Source: Syntrophorhabdaceae bacterium
GTDB taxonomy: Bacteria > Desulfobacterota > Syntrophorhabdia > Syntrophorhabdales > Syntrophorhabdaceae
Assembly: GCA_963665295.1 (NCBI GenBank)
Contig: OY762209.1
Coordinates: 4,320,001 to 4,384,000 of the forward strand
DNA length: 64,000 nt
Direction: 5' to 3'
The position numbers and the translations under genes were made by a program. Shown here piece after piece: positions 9,380 to 19,139 of the stretch. Position 1 is the first letter of the stretch, and every line of letters starts with the position of its first letter. The notes under the pieces were generated by a model. The model had not been told where the DNA came from. It ran no database searches and was given only the letters and a program-made list of their open reading frames with translations.

Positions 9380-11611
9380 ATGGGTAAGTCACTATTGATT
9401 GTTGAGTCGCCGACCAAGATGAAGACACTTTCAAAGTTTCTCGGCAAGGATTTCACCATAAAGGCAACCTACGGCCATATCAAGGACCTGCCGAAGAGTA
9501 AGATAGGTGTGGACATTGAAAAAGGGTTTAACCCTCACTTTGTCCTGGTAAAAGGAAAGGCCAAGGCCGTCGACGAGATAAAGAAGTTCAGCGCCGAAGC
9601 GGACAACATATACATAGGTTCCGACCCCGACCGGGAGGGCGAAGCGATTGCATTCCATGTCGCGGAGGTAGTAGGCAAGAAGAAGAACGTAAAAAGAGTG
9701 CTCTTTCACGAGATCACAAAGAAAGGCGTACTGGACGCCCTCGCGAATCCCACCGATCTCGACGTTTCAAAATACGACGCGCAGAAGACACGCAGGATAC
9801 TCGACCGTCTCGTGGGCTACAAAATAAGTCCCTTATTGTGGGAGAAGGTTAGTTACGGACTCTCCGCAGGCAGGGTGCAGTCTGTCGCGTTAAGACTCAT
9901 CTGCGACAGAGAGGAAGAAATCGAGGGTTTTGTAAAGGAGGAATACTGGGTAGTAGACGCCGACCTCAAGCTTCCCTCGGGAGAACGCTTCAAAGCTACC
10001 CTCGAAAAAAAGGGAGATGAGAAGATCAAAGTCTCTTCCCGAAAGGAGGCGGATGAGATAAAACGCGCCGTAGAAGGCAGCGAATTTATTATCTCCGCCA
10101 TACAGATAAAGGAGAAGAACGTACTGCCCCAGCCTGCATTCATTACGAGCAGACTGCAGCAGGAGGCTTCACGGAAACTGAGGTTCTCCCCGAAAAGAAC
10201 CATGATGCTGGCCCAGAAACTCTATGAGGGCGTAGAGATGGGAGAAGAAGGTCTCACCGGTCTCATCACCTATATGAGAACGGACTCGGTCCGGGTCTCG
10301 GCCGAGGCAGTAAGCGCCGCGCGACAGTATATAGGCGACTCCTACGGCAAGGAGTATCTCCCCAAGACCCCTCACATCTTCAAAAACAGGAAATCAGCCC
10401 AGGATGCTCATGAGGCGATCAGGCCGGCCTATGTCGAAATCACGCCGGAGAAGGTGAAGCCTTATCTCGATAAGGATTTGTTTGCCCTGTACGACCTCAT
10501 ATGGAAACGGTTCATTGCTTCCCAGATGGCCCATAAGAGGCTGAAAGTGAAGGTAGCGGATGTGGCGGCAGGTGATTACACCTTTGTCGCAAGAGGTTCG
10601 CACGTGCTCTTTGACGGGTTCACGAAGGTTTACGAAGAAGAAGTCGTCCCCACCGGGGAAGAGGCAGACCAGAATAAACCGGAAACCTCATATCTGCCCG
10701 ACATGAAAACCGGCATGAACGTCACTCTCATGGAAACCATCCTGAATCAGCGTTTTACTATGCCTCCGCCAAGGTTCACCGAGGCGTCCCTCATAAAGAC
10801 CCTGGAAACGAGAGGTATCGGCAGGCCCTCCACGTATGCCACTATTGTAAGCACGGTGCAGGATAGGAGCTACGCAAAAAAGGATAAAGGCAAACTCGTA
10901 CCGACGCTCCTCGGCAAGACCGTCAACAGCCTCATGAAGGGTTTCTTCCCCACAATCGTGGATGTTGATTTTACCGCAAAACTTGAAGAAAAACTCGACC
11001 AGATAGAAGGGGGCAAGGCAAACTGGGTAAATTCCCTCGAGAAGTTCTACCACTCCCTTCAGAAAGAGCTTACAGTCGCCCAGGAAGGGATGAAGAGCCT
11101 CAAGAAGGAGGAAAAGGAGACCGATATTCTCTGCGAGAAGTGTGGCAAGAATATGGTACTCAGGTGGGGCAAGAACGGGGAGTACATCGCCTGTAGTGGA
11201 AAGCCGGCCTGCAAGAATAAGAAGAATGTCTCGGTTGACAGCGAAGGGAATATCAAGATCGTTCAGGCCGAGGTTAAAGGGAAGTGTGAGGCCTGCGGGG
11301 GTGACCTCATAGAAAAAACGGGCAGGTTCGGTAGGTTCCTTGCGTGCAGCAATTATCCCACGTGCAAGCATACGGAACCTTATTCCCTCGGTTTCACATG
11401 CCCGAATGAAGGCTGTACAGGGAAACTGGTGGAGAAGGTTTCGAAGATGAAAAAGAAGTTCACCGCGTGCTCGCGATATCCCGACTGCTCCTTCGCCACC
11501 AACGCGGAGCCCACCGAAGGCCCGTGTCCGTCATGCGGGGCACCGACCCTCTTCCTGTACAGGAAACTCCTCTCCTGTCTTCGCAAGGAATGCGGATGGA
11601 AATCCAAGTAG
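9380..11611 (+). CDS. topA: DNA topoisomerase I with C-terminal Zn ribbons
   Basis: IVESPTK, DPDREGE, SAGRVQ, ITYMRTD, repeated CxxC motifs. Confidence 0.97.
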   Translation: MGKSLLIVESPTKMKTLSKFLGKDFTIKATYGHIKDLPKSKIGVDIEKGFNPHFVLVKGKAKAVDEIKKFSAEADNIYIGSDPDREGEAIAFHVAEVVGKKKNVKRVLFHEITKKGVLDALANPTDLDVSKYDAQKTRRILDRLVGYKISPLLWEKVSYGLSAGRVQSVALRLICDREEEIEGFVKEEYWVVDADLKLPSGERFKATLEKKGDEKIKVSSRKEADEIKRAVEGSEFIISAIQIKEKNVLPQPAFITSRLQQEASRKLRFSPKRTMMLAQKLYEGVEMGEEGLTGLITYMRTDSVRVSAEAVSAARQYIGDSYGKEYLPKTPHIFKNRKSAQDAHEAIRPAYVEITPEKVKPYLDKDLFALYDLIWKRFIASQMAHKRLKVKVADVAAGDYTFVARGSHVLFDGFTKVYEEEVVPTGEEADQNKPETSYLPDMKTGMNVTLMETILNQRFTMPPPRFTEASLIKTLETRGIGRPSTYATIVSTVQDRSYAKKDKGKLVPTLLGKTVNSLMKGFFPTIVDVDFTAKLEEKLDQIEGGKANWVNSLEKFYHSLQKELTVAQEGMKSLKKEEKETDILCEKCGKNMVLRWGKNGEYIACSGKPACKNKKNVSVDSEGNIKIVQAEVKGKCEACGGDLIEKTGRFGRFLACSNYPTCKHTEPYSLGFTCPNEGCTGKLVEKVSKMKKKFTACSRYPDCSFATNAEPTEGPCPSCGAPTLFLYRKLLSCLRKECGWKSK

Positions 11612-12921
11612 TCGGCGGGGGCCTCGCCGGTACGGAGGCCGCCTATCAGATAGCCCGGAGGGGTCAGAAAGTCCGTCTTTATGAAATGCGTCCGGAGACT
11701 TTTACGCCGGCCCATAAAACATCTTTTCTCTCTGAACTCGTGTGCAGCAACTCCTTGAAGTCCCAGGACCTTTCCAATGCTCACGGGCTTCTCAAAGAGG
11801 AACTCCGCAGGCTGGACTCCATTGTATTGAGGTGCGCCGGCATGAGTTCGATACCGGGCGGCAAAGCGCTCGTGGTGGACAGGAACGTCTTTGCCGGGAA
11901 AATCACGGAAGAGATCGAGGCCCACCCTCTTATTGAGGTAATTCGACACGAGATCACGGACATACCCGACGGCATTACGATAATCGCCACGGGCCCCCTC
12001 ACCAGTGACACGCTGGCGGCACGAATAAGCGAGATTACCGGTACGGACCGCCTCTCCTTCTTCGACGCCATTTCTCCCATCATAGACGGCGAGTCGATCG
12101 ACATGAACACTGCCTTCTTTGGATCACGGTATGCGGGCGGGACTGACGACTATCTGAACTGCCCATTCACGGAGGACCAGTATAACGCCTTCTACGATGC
12201 CCTTATCAGCGCCGAGCGGGTTGCCCTCCACGACTTTGAGAAGACGTCGTATTTCGAGGGCTGCCTTCCCATAGAGGTTATGGCGGAAAGAGGCAGAAAG
12301 ACCCTTGCCTACGGACCCATGAAACCTGTGGGTCTGCTCCACCCCTCGACCGGAAAGAGATCTCACGCCATCCTGCAACTGAGGAGAGAGGATGCCACGG
12401 GCACCATGTACAATATGGTGGGCTTTCAGACGAAATTAACCTACCCTGAACAGGAACGGGTCTTCAGAATGATCCCCGGGCTGGAGCACGCAGTCTTTCT
12501 CAGGCATGGGAGTATCCACCGTAATACCTACATAGACTCTCCTTCAATTCTCACCCCGAAGCTCAACCTGGAAGGAAAGGAGAATATCTTCTTCGCAGGA
12601 CAGATAACCGGTGTGGAAGGATATATTGAATCGACCGCCATGGGCCTTCTCGCGGGCATATCCTCATACATGCACCTCAAGGGACTACCTTACGAGCCCC
12701 CCTCCGAGGATACCTGCGTGGGAGCGCTGTTGCACTACATAACGACAAAAAGAAAGGGTTTCCAACCCATGAATGTCAACTTCGGCCTTTTGCCGAACTA
12801 CAACAAGAAAGAGAAGGAGCTGGTCATAGAACGTGCCCTCGACTCGATCTCTCTCTGGAAAGAAACACACGGGGCGGGTCATCGTCCCGGCGACGGAGGT
12901 AGCGATGAGCTCAAAGATTGA
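11596..12921 (+). CDS. trmFO: Folate-dependent tRNA m5U54 methyltransferase
   Basis: GGGLAGTEAA, ELVCSNS, FEGCLPIE, GFQTKL, AGQITGVEGY; follows topA. Confidence 0.95.
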   Translation: MEIQVVGGGLAGTEAAYQIARRGQKVRLYEMRPETFTPAHKTSFLSELVCSNSLKSQDLSNAHGLLKEELRRLDSIVLRCAGMSSIPGGKALVVDRNVFAGKITEEIEAHPLIEVIRHEITDIPDGITIIATGPLTSDTLAARISEITGTDRLSFFDAISPIIDGESIDMNTAFFGSRYAGGTDDYLNCPFTEDQYNAFYDALISAERVALHDFEKTSYFEGCLPIEVMAERGRKTLAYGPMKPVGLLHPSTGKRSHAILQLRREDATGTMYNMVGFQTKLTYPEQERVFRMIPGLEHAVFLRHGSIHRNTYIDSPSILTPKLNLEGKENIFFAGQITGVEGYIESTAMGLLAGISSYMHLKGLPYEPPSEDTCVGALLHYITTKRKGFQPMNVNFGLLPNYNKKEKELVIERALDSISLWKETHGAGHRPGDGGSDELKD

Positions 12922-13882
12922 AGCATTGAAAGAAAAGGCCCTCAAGGGACTGATCGGTACGGAGGAGGCCATGACCCTCTACGACGAGGGCGCAAGGCAC
13001 CCATACCTTCTTATGGCCTACGCGTCAGAGATCAGGGAACACTTTAAAGGGAAGGCAATAAGCCTCTGCAGCATAATAAACGCGAAGTCCGGCATCTGTC
13101 CCGAAAACTGCCGGTTCTGCGCCCAGTCCGCCCACTACGCAACCGATGCGCCGGTATACCCCCTTGTGAGTGCTGATGAAATACTCGATAAGGCACGGTC
13201 CGCAAAAGACTCCGGCGCCCATTTTTTCGGGATTGTCACGAGCGGCACCTCGGTTGAGCGGGAAGAAGAATGGAATGTGATCTACAAGGCCATCGCCGGT
13301 ATGAACGGGTTTGGCATCAAACCATGTGGCTCCCTGGGTATGCTTGACGGCCGGCAGGCTCGGCGGCTCAAGGAAGCGGGACTCGCGCGGTACCATCACA
13401 ATCTGGAGACTTCGAGAAGCTTTTTTCCTAACATTTGCAGCACTCATGAATACGACGAAGACACGGGCACCGTGAAGGCGGCGAAAGAAGCGGGACTCTC
13501 GGTATGCTCGGGCGGCATCATAGGCCTCGGAGAGACCATGGAACAGAGAATAGAGATGGCCATAACCCTTAAGGAGCTTGACGTCGATTCCGTACCCATC
13601 AACATCCTGAACCCCATATCAGGGACTCCTCTCATGGATACGCCCGCGCTGACCCCATTGGAGATACTCATTACCGTTGCCCTCTACAGGTTCATCCTCT
13701 CCGACAAGGACATCAAACTTTGCGGCGGGAAGGAGAGAAACCTGAGACAGCTTCTGCCTCTCGGAATTATTGCCGGCTGCAACTCCTTCATGACAGGAAA
13801 TTACCTGACTACGGAGGGCAGGGATACGACTCACGACCTTGAGATGATCCGGGACCTGGGATTCACCGCCTCTTCCACATGA
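12905..13882 (+). CDS. bioB: Biotin synthase (radical SAM)
   Basis: NAKSGICPENCRFCAQS, YHHNLETS, CSGGIIG, VPIN, GNYLTT; SD GGAGG. Confidence 0.9.
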   Translation: MSSKIEALKEKALKGLIGTEEAMTLYDEGARHPYLLMAYASEIREHFKGKAISLCSIINAKSGICPENCRFCAQSAHYATDAPVYPLVSADEILDKARSAKDSGAHFFGIVTSGTSVEREEEWNVIYKAIAGMNGFGIKPCGSLGMLDGRQARRLKEAGLARYHHNLETSRSFFPNICSTHEYDEDTGTVKAAKEAGLSVCSGGIIGLGETMEQRIEMAITLKELDVDSVPINILNPISGTPLMDTPALTPLEILITVALYRFILSDKDIKLCGGKERNLRQLLPLGIIAGCNSFMTGNYLTTEGRDTTHDLEMIRDLGFTASST

Positions 13883-13936
13883 TATTGCCTGCCGGGGTTG
13901 GGCTGTCGGCACAACCCCGGGGAACCACCGGCACCT

Positions 13937-15142
13937 TTATCCCACGACCGAACCGAGCTTGAAAATGGGGAGGTACATGGCTATTATGAGTCCGCCGAGT
14001 ATTACACCCAGGAACATCATGATCATGGGCTCCATGAGGGCCGTAAGGTTCGTCACCATGGTATCCACGTCATCCTCATAAAAATCAGCTACTTTATTGA
14101 GCATATTGTCGAGCGCCCCTGTGGACTCTCCCACCTGAACCATCTGTACGACCATGGGAGGGAATATCCCACTCTGCTCAAGAGGTTCGGACATGCTCTT
14201 CCCTTCACTGATACGCAGGCGGGCTGTTACAAGGGCGTCTTCCACGATCTTATTGCCCGCAACTTTTGCGACTATTACGAGGCTCTCAAGGATTGCGACA
14301 CCGCTTGAAAGGAGTGTGGCAAGCGTCCTGGTCACCCGCGCCACGGAGGACTTTACCGCCAGGACCCCGAAGAGGGGTATCTTGAGGATCAGCCGGTCGA
14401 CCTGCCTTCTCCCTTTTTCCGTACGGTAATATCTCTTGAAGAGAAAGACGGCGATAATCAGGGCTCCGATCATGTAGTGGATGCTGGATTTCACCATCCT
14501 GCTCATATTTACTACCAGTTGTGTGGGCGCGGGAAGGGATGCGCCCATCTCCTTGAACATGTTTTCAAAGACGGGTATCACGAAGATGAGAAGGACCATC
14601 ACTACCCCGATCGCGACGACGATAATGCTTATAGGATAGATCATGGCGGACTTGACCTTCTTTTTCAACTTCTCGATCTTCTCCATATAGGTGGCCAGAC
14701 GTATGAGGACAGTGTCAAGGGTGCCGCCCTCCTCGCCTGCTACCACGAGGTTGATATAGAGGGAATCAAAACACTGAGGGTAATCCTTAAGCGCATCAGC
14801 GAACCTGAACCCTCCTTCAATCTTCTCCTTTATTTCCCGCACGATCAGTTTGAGGTTCTTGTCTTCCGTCTGGTTCGCCAGGATATCGAGAGATTGGACA
14901 AGAGGAAGACCCGAGGTGATCATGGTAGCGAGTTGGCGCGTGAAAACGACCACGCTCAGGGTCTTTACCTTCTTTTTGCGCAGAGACCCTGCCTTTGCCG
15001 CCCCTTTCTGTTCATTGCATTTGACGAGTATTATCCCGTCTTTCCTCAGGTCGGCCCTGAGAGTGGATGAAGAGTCGGTACGTGTAGTCCCGGTCCTGAT
15101 CTCGCCCCTCAGAGTCTTGCCTTCCCACTCAAATAATGCCAT
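13937..15142 (-). CDS. pilC: Type IV pilus / T2SS platform protein
   Basis: FTRQLATM..SGLP, AGEEGG.LD, SAMIYP, GESTGALD, AMYLPIF. Confidence 0.9.
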   Translation of the reverse strand: MALFEWEGKTLRGEIRTGTTRTDSSSTLRADLRKDGIILVKCNEQKGAAKAGSLRKKKVKTLSVVVFTRQLATMITSGLPLVQSLDILANQTEDKNLKLIVREIKEKIEGGFRFADALKDYPQCFDSLYINLVVAGEEGGTLDTVLIRLATYMEKIEKLKKKVKSAMIYPISIIVVAIGVVMVLLIFVIPVFENMFKEMGASLPAPTQLVVNMSRMVKSSIHYMIGALIIAVFLFKRYYRTEKGRRQVDRLILKIPLFGVLAVKSSVARVTRTLATLLSSGVAILESLVIVAKVAGNKIVEDALVTARLRISEGKSMSEPLEQSGIFPPMVVQMVQVGESTGALDNMLNKVADFYEDDVDTMVTNLTALMEPMIMMFLGVILGGLIIAMYLPIFKLGSVVG

Positions 15143-15257
15143 GCGCCGCGCCTGCCTTATCGCCGGGCCGGGTCATACAACCCGTCCCCTCGTTCTACCG
15201 CTATAGTTTCATTCACTGCCTGTTACGTCCGCAATGACATTGGTCACCTTTACACGG

Positions 15258-15301
15258 AAAAAGGGTCGGAGCAGGACCTTCCAGTCCCGGTTCCGACCCT
15301 T
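15258..15301 (-). terminator. Probable intrinsic terminator of the RR-HK-degP operon
   Basis: Stem AAGGGTCGGA/TCCGACCCTT ending in a U-run on the minus strand. Confidence 0.6.
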
Positions 15302-15324
15302 CCGGATCTTTGTCGTAACCGTTC

Positions 15325-16788
15325 CTATTCTCTCATCACTGCGTAGAATGTGGCGTTATCTCTTGTGATAAGCAGCACCACCCCTTCTTTAAGGTTGGCC
15401 TTTTTCATCGCTTCCTTGAAATCAACCAGATTCCTCACCGACTTCCTTCCAATCTCTTTTATGACATCACCCGACCTGATATCCGCGCCCTGCGCCGGGC
15501 TCCCGGGCTGGACATCGGTCACTATGACGCCCCTCTTGTCCTTCAAATTCAGATGCTTTGCAATATCAGGGGTAATATTCTGGACAACAAGACCGAAAAA
15601 GTCTTTTTCCACCTCGGGCTTTTTCGAGGCAGCCGCTCCTTCATCCTTCATTTCCCCTATCACCACTTCCGCCTCAAGGCGCTTCCCTTCCCTCAGGATT
15701 CCCACCTTAACCTTCTTGCCAAGTTCCGTGGCGCCCACAAGCTTGGGAAGTTGGTCCATCTCCTTTATCTGTTTGCCATTATAGGAAACGATTACATCGC
15801 CCCTCTTGATGCCCGCTTTGTCTGCCGGACTGCCCTCGGCTACATCCGAGACAAGGGCCCCTTCAGTCTCCTTCAGGCCAAAACTCTTTGCGATATCGGG
15901 TGTCACCTTCTGTATTATCACTCCAAGCCAACCCCTGACCACTTTGCCTTTTGTCTTCAACTGAGGTAGAAGGTCCCTGACCACATTGATGGGGATCGCA
16001 AAGCCGATACCCTGCCCTCCCGAGACGATGGCAGTGTTTATCCCCACCACTTCTCCAGCCAGGTTGAACAAGGGGCCGCCGCTGTTCCCGGGGTTGATGG
16101 ATGCATCGGTCTGGATGAAATCGTCATAAGGGCCCGCCCCTATGACCCTGCCTTTTGCGCTCACAATCCCCTGGGTCACGGTATGCTCAAGACCAAAGGG
16201 GTTGCCGATGGCAAGAACCCAGTCACCTACTTCAAGCTTGTCCGAATCGCCGAAAGGCGCAACGGGCAGGTCCTGTTTTGCGTTTATCTTTATCAACGCT
16301 ATGTCCGTCTTGGGGTCCTTACCGATCACCGTGGCGTCGTATTCCTTTCCGTCCGTCAGCTTCACCTTTATGGTCTGCGCCTTCTCCACCACATGGTTGT
16401 TGGTAAGAATATACCCTTCCCTGTCGATAATGAAGCCCGACCCGAGGCTCCGTTGTTTGAACTCTCTCTTCGGCATATCTCCAAAAAACTTTTCAAAGAA
16501 ATCCTCTCCGAAAAAGTCTCTGAACCGGTCCTGCGGCCCCATAATCCCGCCGCCGAAGTCCGGCCCTTTTGTCACCGTGGTAGTACTGATATTGACAATT
16601 GCAGATCTCACCTGTTTGACAAGAGGGCTGAAGCTGGGTAAACCCTTGTCGTAGGCGACGGTCCTTACGGCCGCCCTGGTGGCGTCGAAGGTGGTTTCCC
16701 TGGAGACCACCTTGCCTCTCGCATATGCGAAGACCAAAGCCATTACGACAAGTAACCCTATTGTCAGATGCCACCGTTTGTTTCTCAT
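15325..16788 (-). CDS. HtrA/DegP(DegQ) periplasmic serine protease with two PDZ domains
   Basis: TNNHVV, DIAL, GNSGGPL triad; two PDZ repeats. Confidence 0.95.
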   Translation of the reverse strand: MRNKRWHLTIGLLVVMALVFAYARGKVVSRETTFDATRAAVRTVAYDKGLPSFSPLVKQVRSAIVNISTTTVTKGPDFGGGIMGPQDRFRDFFGEDFFEKFFGDMPKREFKQRSLGSGFIIDREGYILTNNHVVEKAQTIKVKLTDGKEYDATVIGKDPKTDIALIKINAKQDLPVAPFGDSDKLEVGDWVLAIGNPFGLEHTVTQGIVSAKGRVIGAGPYDDFIQTDASINPGNSGGPLFNLAGEVVGINTAIVSGGQGIGFAIPINVVRDLLPQLKTKGKVVRGWLGVIIQKVTPDIAKSFGLKETEGALVSDVAEGSPADKAGIKRGDVIVSYNGKQIKEMDQLPKLVGATELGKKVKVGILREGKRLEAEVVIGEMKDEGAAASKKPEVEKDFFGLVVQNITPDIAKHLNLKDKRGVIVTDVQPGSPAQGADIRSGDVIKEIGRKSVRNLVDFKEAMKKANLKEGVVLLITRDNATFYAVMRE

Positions 16789-16800
16789 AGATCCCTCCGA

Positions 16801-18201
16801 TTATAAAGGCAATTTGATTGAAAACAGACTTCCGTCCGAAGGCTGGCTTTGCACCTGGATAGAGCCTTTGTGGGCTTCGGCGATCCATCTGCTTATGGAC
16901 AAACCGAGACCGCTTCCGCCCTCCCTTCTCCTGGATCTATCCGCCTGATAGAATCTGTCAAAAACGTATTTTATGTCGTCCTCCGATATTCCCACACCGT
17001 TGTCTTTTACATTAACCTGAATATAACCATCCTTCGCAAAAGAGGAAACCTCCACCTTCCCTCCTTTCTGCGTATACTTGATCCCGTTCTCGACGATATT
17101 CAGAAGCATTCTCCGGAGTTTCAATTCATCCCCTTTAATCCTCGTATCATCCAACTCGTTGAAGGCGAGGTCGATCTCCTTTTTTTCTGCAAAGATCCTC
17201 ATATCGACGCACACGTCGATAATGAGGTCCCTCAAAGCGACATCCGTGACATTCAGTTTCACATCTTTCGGATCAGCCTTGGAGAGAAGCAGCAGATCGT
17301 CGATGATCTTCGTCATTCTATCCACCTCTTCAAGGCTGCTTAGGAGGAGCTTCTTGTAGTCCTCCTTGTCTCTGTCTTTTCGAAGCGCCACTTCCGTCTC
17401 GCCCTTCAATATGGTAAGAGGGGTCTTAAGCTCATGGGATACATCGAGGCTGAACTGGTTGATGCGGAGAAAGGCGTCTTTCAACCTGCTTATCATGGCA
17501 TTGAATGTCTGGGCGAGCCTTGTTATCTCGTCCCTTCTGCTCCCTATATCAATCCTTTCGTCCAGGTTTGTCGACGATATCTTGACCGCGGCTTTTCTAA
17601 TCTGGTCAACGGGTTTAAGGGCCTTCTTCGCCATAAAATAGCCGACCATCACGGTAGCGCTCAGGGAGGTGGGGATGCCGATAACCAATACGATGAGGAG
17701 CTTTGTCATGGTCTCCTCAAAATCTTCGAGAGACGTACCCACCTGCACTATACTGGTCACTTTCTTGTTCTCCATTATAGGCAAGGTGATCATTCGAAGT
17801 CTCGGCCGCTTGTCGCCGATAGTCTCGTAGACGATCTCTCCCTTAAAGGCCCGTTCAAGGGTGTTGAAGCTCGTAGGCACCGTCACGGCCTCCAGGTCGT
17901 TCATTTTGGCCCCGATCCTGCCCGTTGTGTCAATTATCTGTATGAACTTCCCTTTCGGCTTCCTTCCCAGCACGTTCTCCAGGTATCGTTCGAAGTTGCC
18001 GAATACGCTCTGGGCGTGAGTCTCCGTTATGGAAGACGACAAGACCTGCGCAATAGACTGGAGTTTGGTATCGATGCTCTTCTGGAGGCTGTTATTGAAA
18101 TATACGTAAACGCCGCACGAGAAGACCACGAGAATCAGCGCGAGAATGGCGCCATACCAGATCGTCAGCTTCCATTTTATAGGGAGATTAAGTTTCTTCA
18201 T
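16801..18201 (-). CDS. Membrane sensor histidine kinase (HAMP; CusS/BaeS-like)
   Basis: Two TM helices, HAMP domain, SHELKTPL H-box, N/G1/F/G2 boxes. Confidence 0.92.
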   Translation of the reverse strand: MKKLNLPIKWKLTIWYGAILALILVVFSCGVYVYFNNSLQKSIDTKLQSIAQVLSSSITETHAQSVFGNFERYLENVLGRKPKGKFIQIIDTTGRIGAKMNDLEAVTVPTSFNTLERAFKGEIVYETIGDKRPRLRMITLPIMENKKVTSIVQVGTSLEDFEETMTKLLIVLVIGIPTSLSATVMVGYFMAKKALKPVDQIRKAAVKISSTNLDERIDIGSRRDEITRLAQTFNAMISRLKDAFLRINQFSLDVSHELKTPLTILKGETEVALRKDRDKEDYKKLLLSSLEEVDRMTKIIDDLLLLSKADPKDVKLNVTDVALRDLIIDVCVDMRIFAEKKEIDLAFNELDDTRIKGDELKLRRMLLNIVENGIKYTQKGGKVEVSSFAKDGYIQVNVKDNGVGISEDDIKYVFDRFYQADRSRRREGGSGLGLSISRWIAEAHKGSIQVQSQPSDGSLFSIKLPL

Positions 18202-18868
18202 TCTCTTCTTTGAGGATGTAGCCTATGCCCCTTACAGTATGAATATATCTCCTCGTCGAGAGTGAATCGAGTTTTTTTCTCAGAAAATTGACATATACAT
18301 CGACGATATTCGTCGAGTCCCCCTTATTCTGCCACACGTACTCGGCAATCTCGTTCCTCGTAAGCGGCCGTTCACAATTCTTGAGCATGAACTCCATGAT
18401 AAGAAACTCTTTTTCTGTAAGCTCCACTTCCTTCGAATCCATGCTCAGCTTCCGGTTGTAAGGGTCCAGGGACACGTGCCCATATTCCAGTGTGTGTACA
18501 TCGGCCTGCCGCGTCCTTCGCAACAGCGCCCTGATCCTGGCAAGCAGCTCATCGAAAGAGAAAGGCTTGGTCAGGTAGTCGTCACTCCCCGTATCAAGAC
18601 CTTTTACCACATCTTCCTTCGAACTCTTGGCGGTGATGATCAGTACCGGCGTATTCACCCCTCTGGAGCGCAGCCTCTTGAGTACCTCTAGTCCGTCGAT
18701 CTCCGGTATCATGAGGTCAAGAAGGACAATGTCATAGGTCGAAGCCAGAAGCCTTTCCAGCCCCTCCCTGCCGTCATAGGCCACATCGACGTCATACCCT
18801 TCTTCTTCCAGGCCCTTGCTGACAAAACTGGCCACTTTCGCTTCATCTTCAACGATAAGAACTTTCAT
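18188..18868 (-). CDS. OmpR-family response regulator
   Basis: VEDE, LLDLMIP, DDYLTKPF, wHTH with TVRGIGY; ATG at 18868 preferred. Confidence 0.93.
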   Translation of the reverse strand: MKVLIVEDEAKVASFVSKGLEEEGYDVDVAYDGREGLERLLASTYDIVLLDLMIPEIDGLEVLKRLRSRGVNTPVLIITAKSSKEDVVKGLDTGSDDYLTKPFSFDELLARIRALLRRTRQADVHTLEYGHVSLDPYNRKLSMDSKEVELTEKEFLIMEFMLKNCERPLTRNEIAEYVWQNKGDSTNIVDVYVNFLRKKLDSLSTRRYIHTVRGIGYILKEENEET

Positions 18869-19139
18869 GGGGTTATTATATATCAAAACAAGAAAAAAGC
18901 CTATACTTTCGGGATGAGTCCCGTTGTTTTACGCAATAAGGCGGCCCCGGCGCGGCAAGGCCGGGAGAGGCACGGAGCAGACGCCTGCGTCATGGCCCCG
19001 CAGGTGCGACAGGACGGGCCAAAATAGTTTGACAAAACTGCGTTAATGCTATAAGTATAAAGGGTTGCCGATTCAAAGTCAGGCTGAAAATCAGAGGGAA
19101 TCGCTTCATTATCTTACGCAGGGGAGGTATCGAACACCT

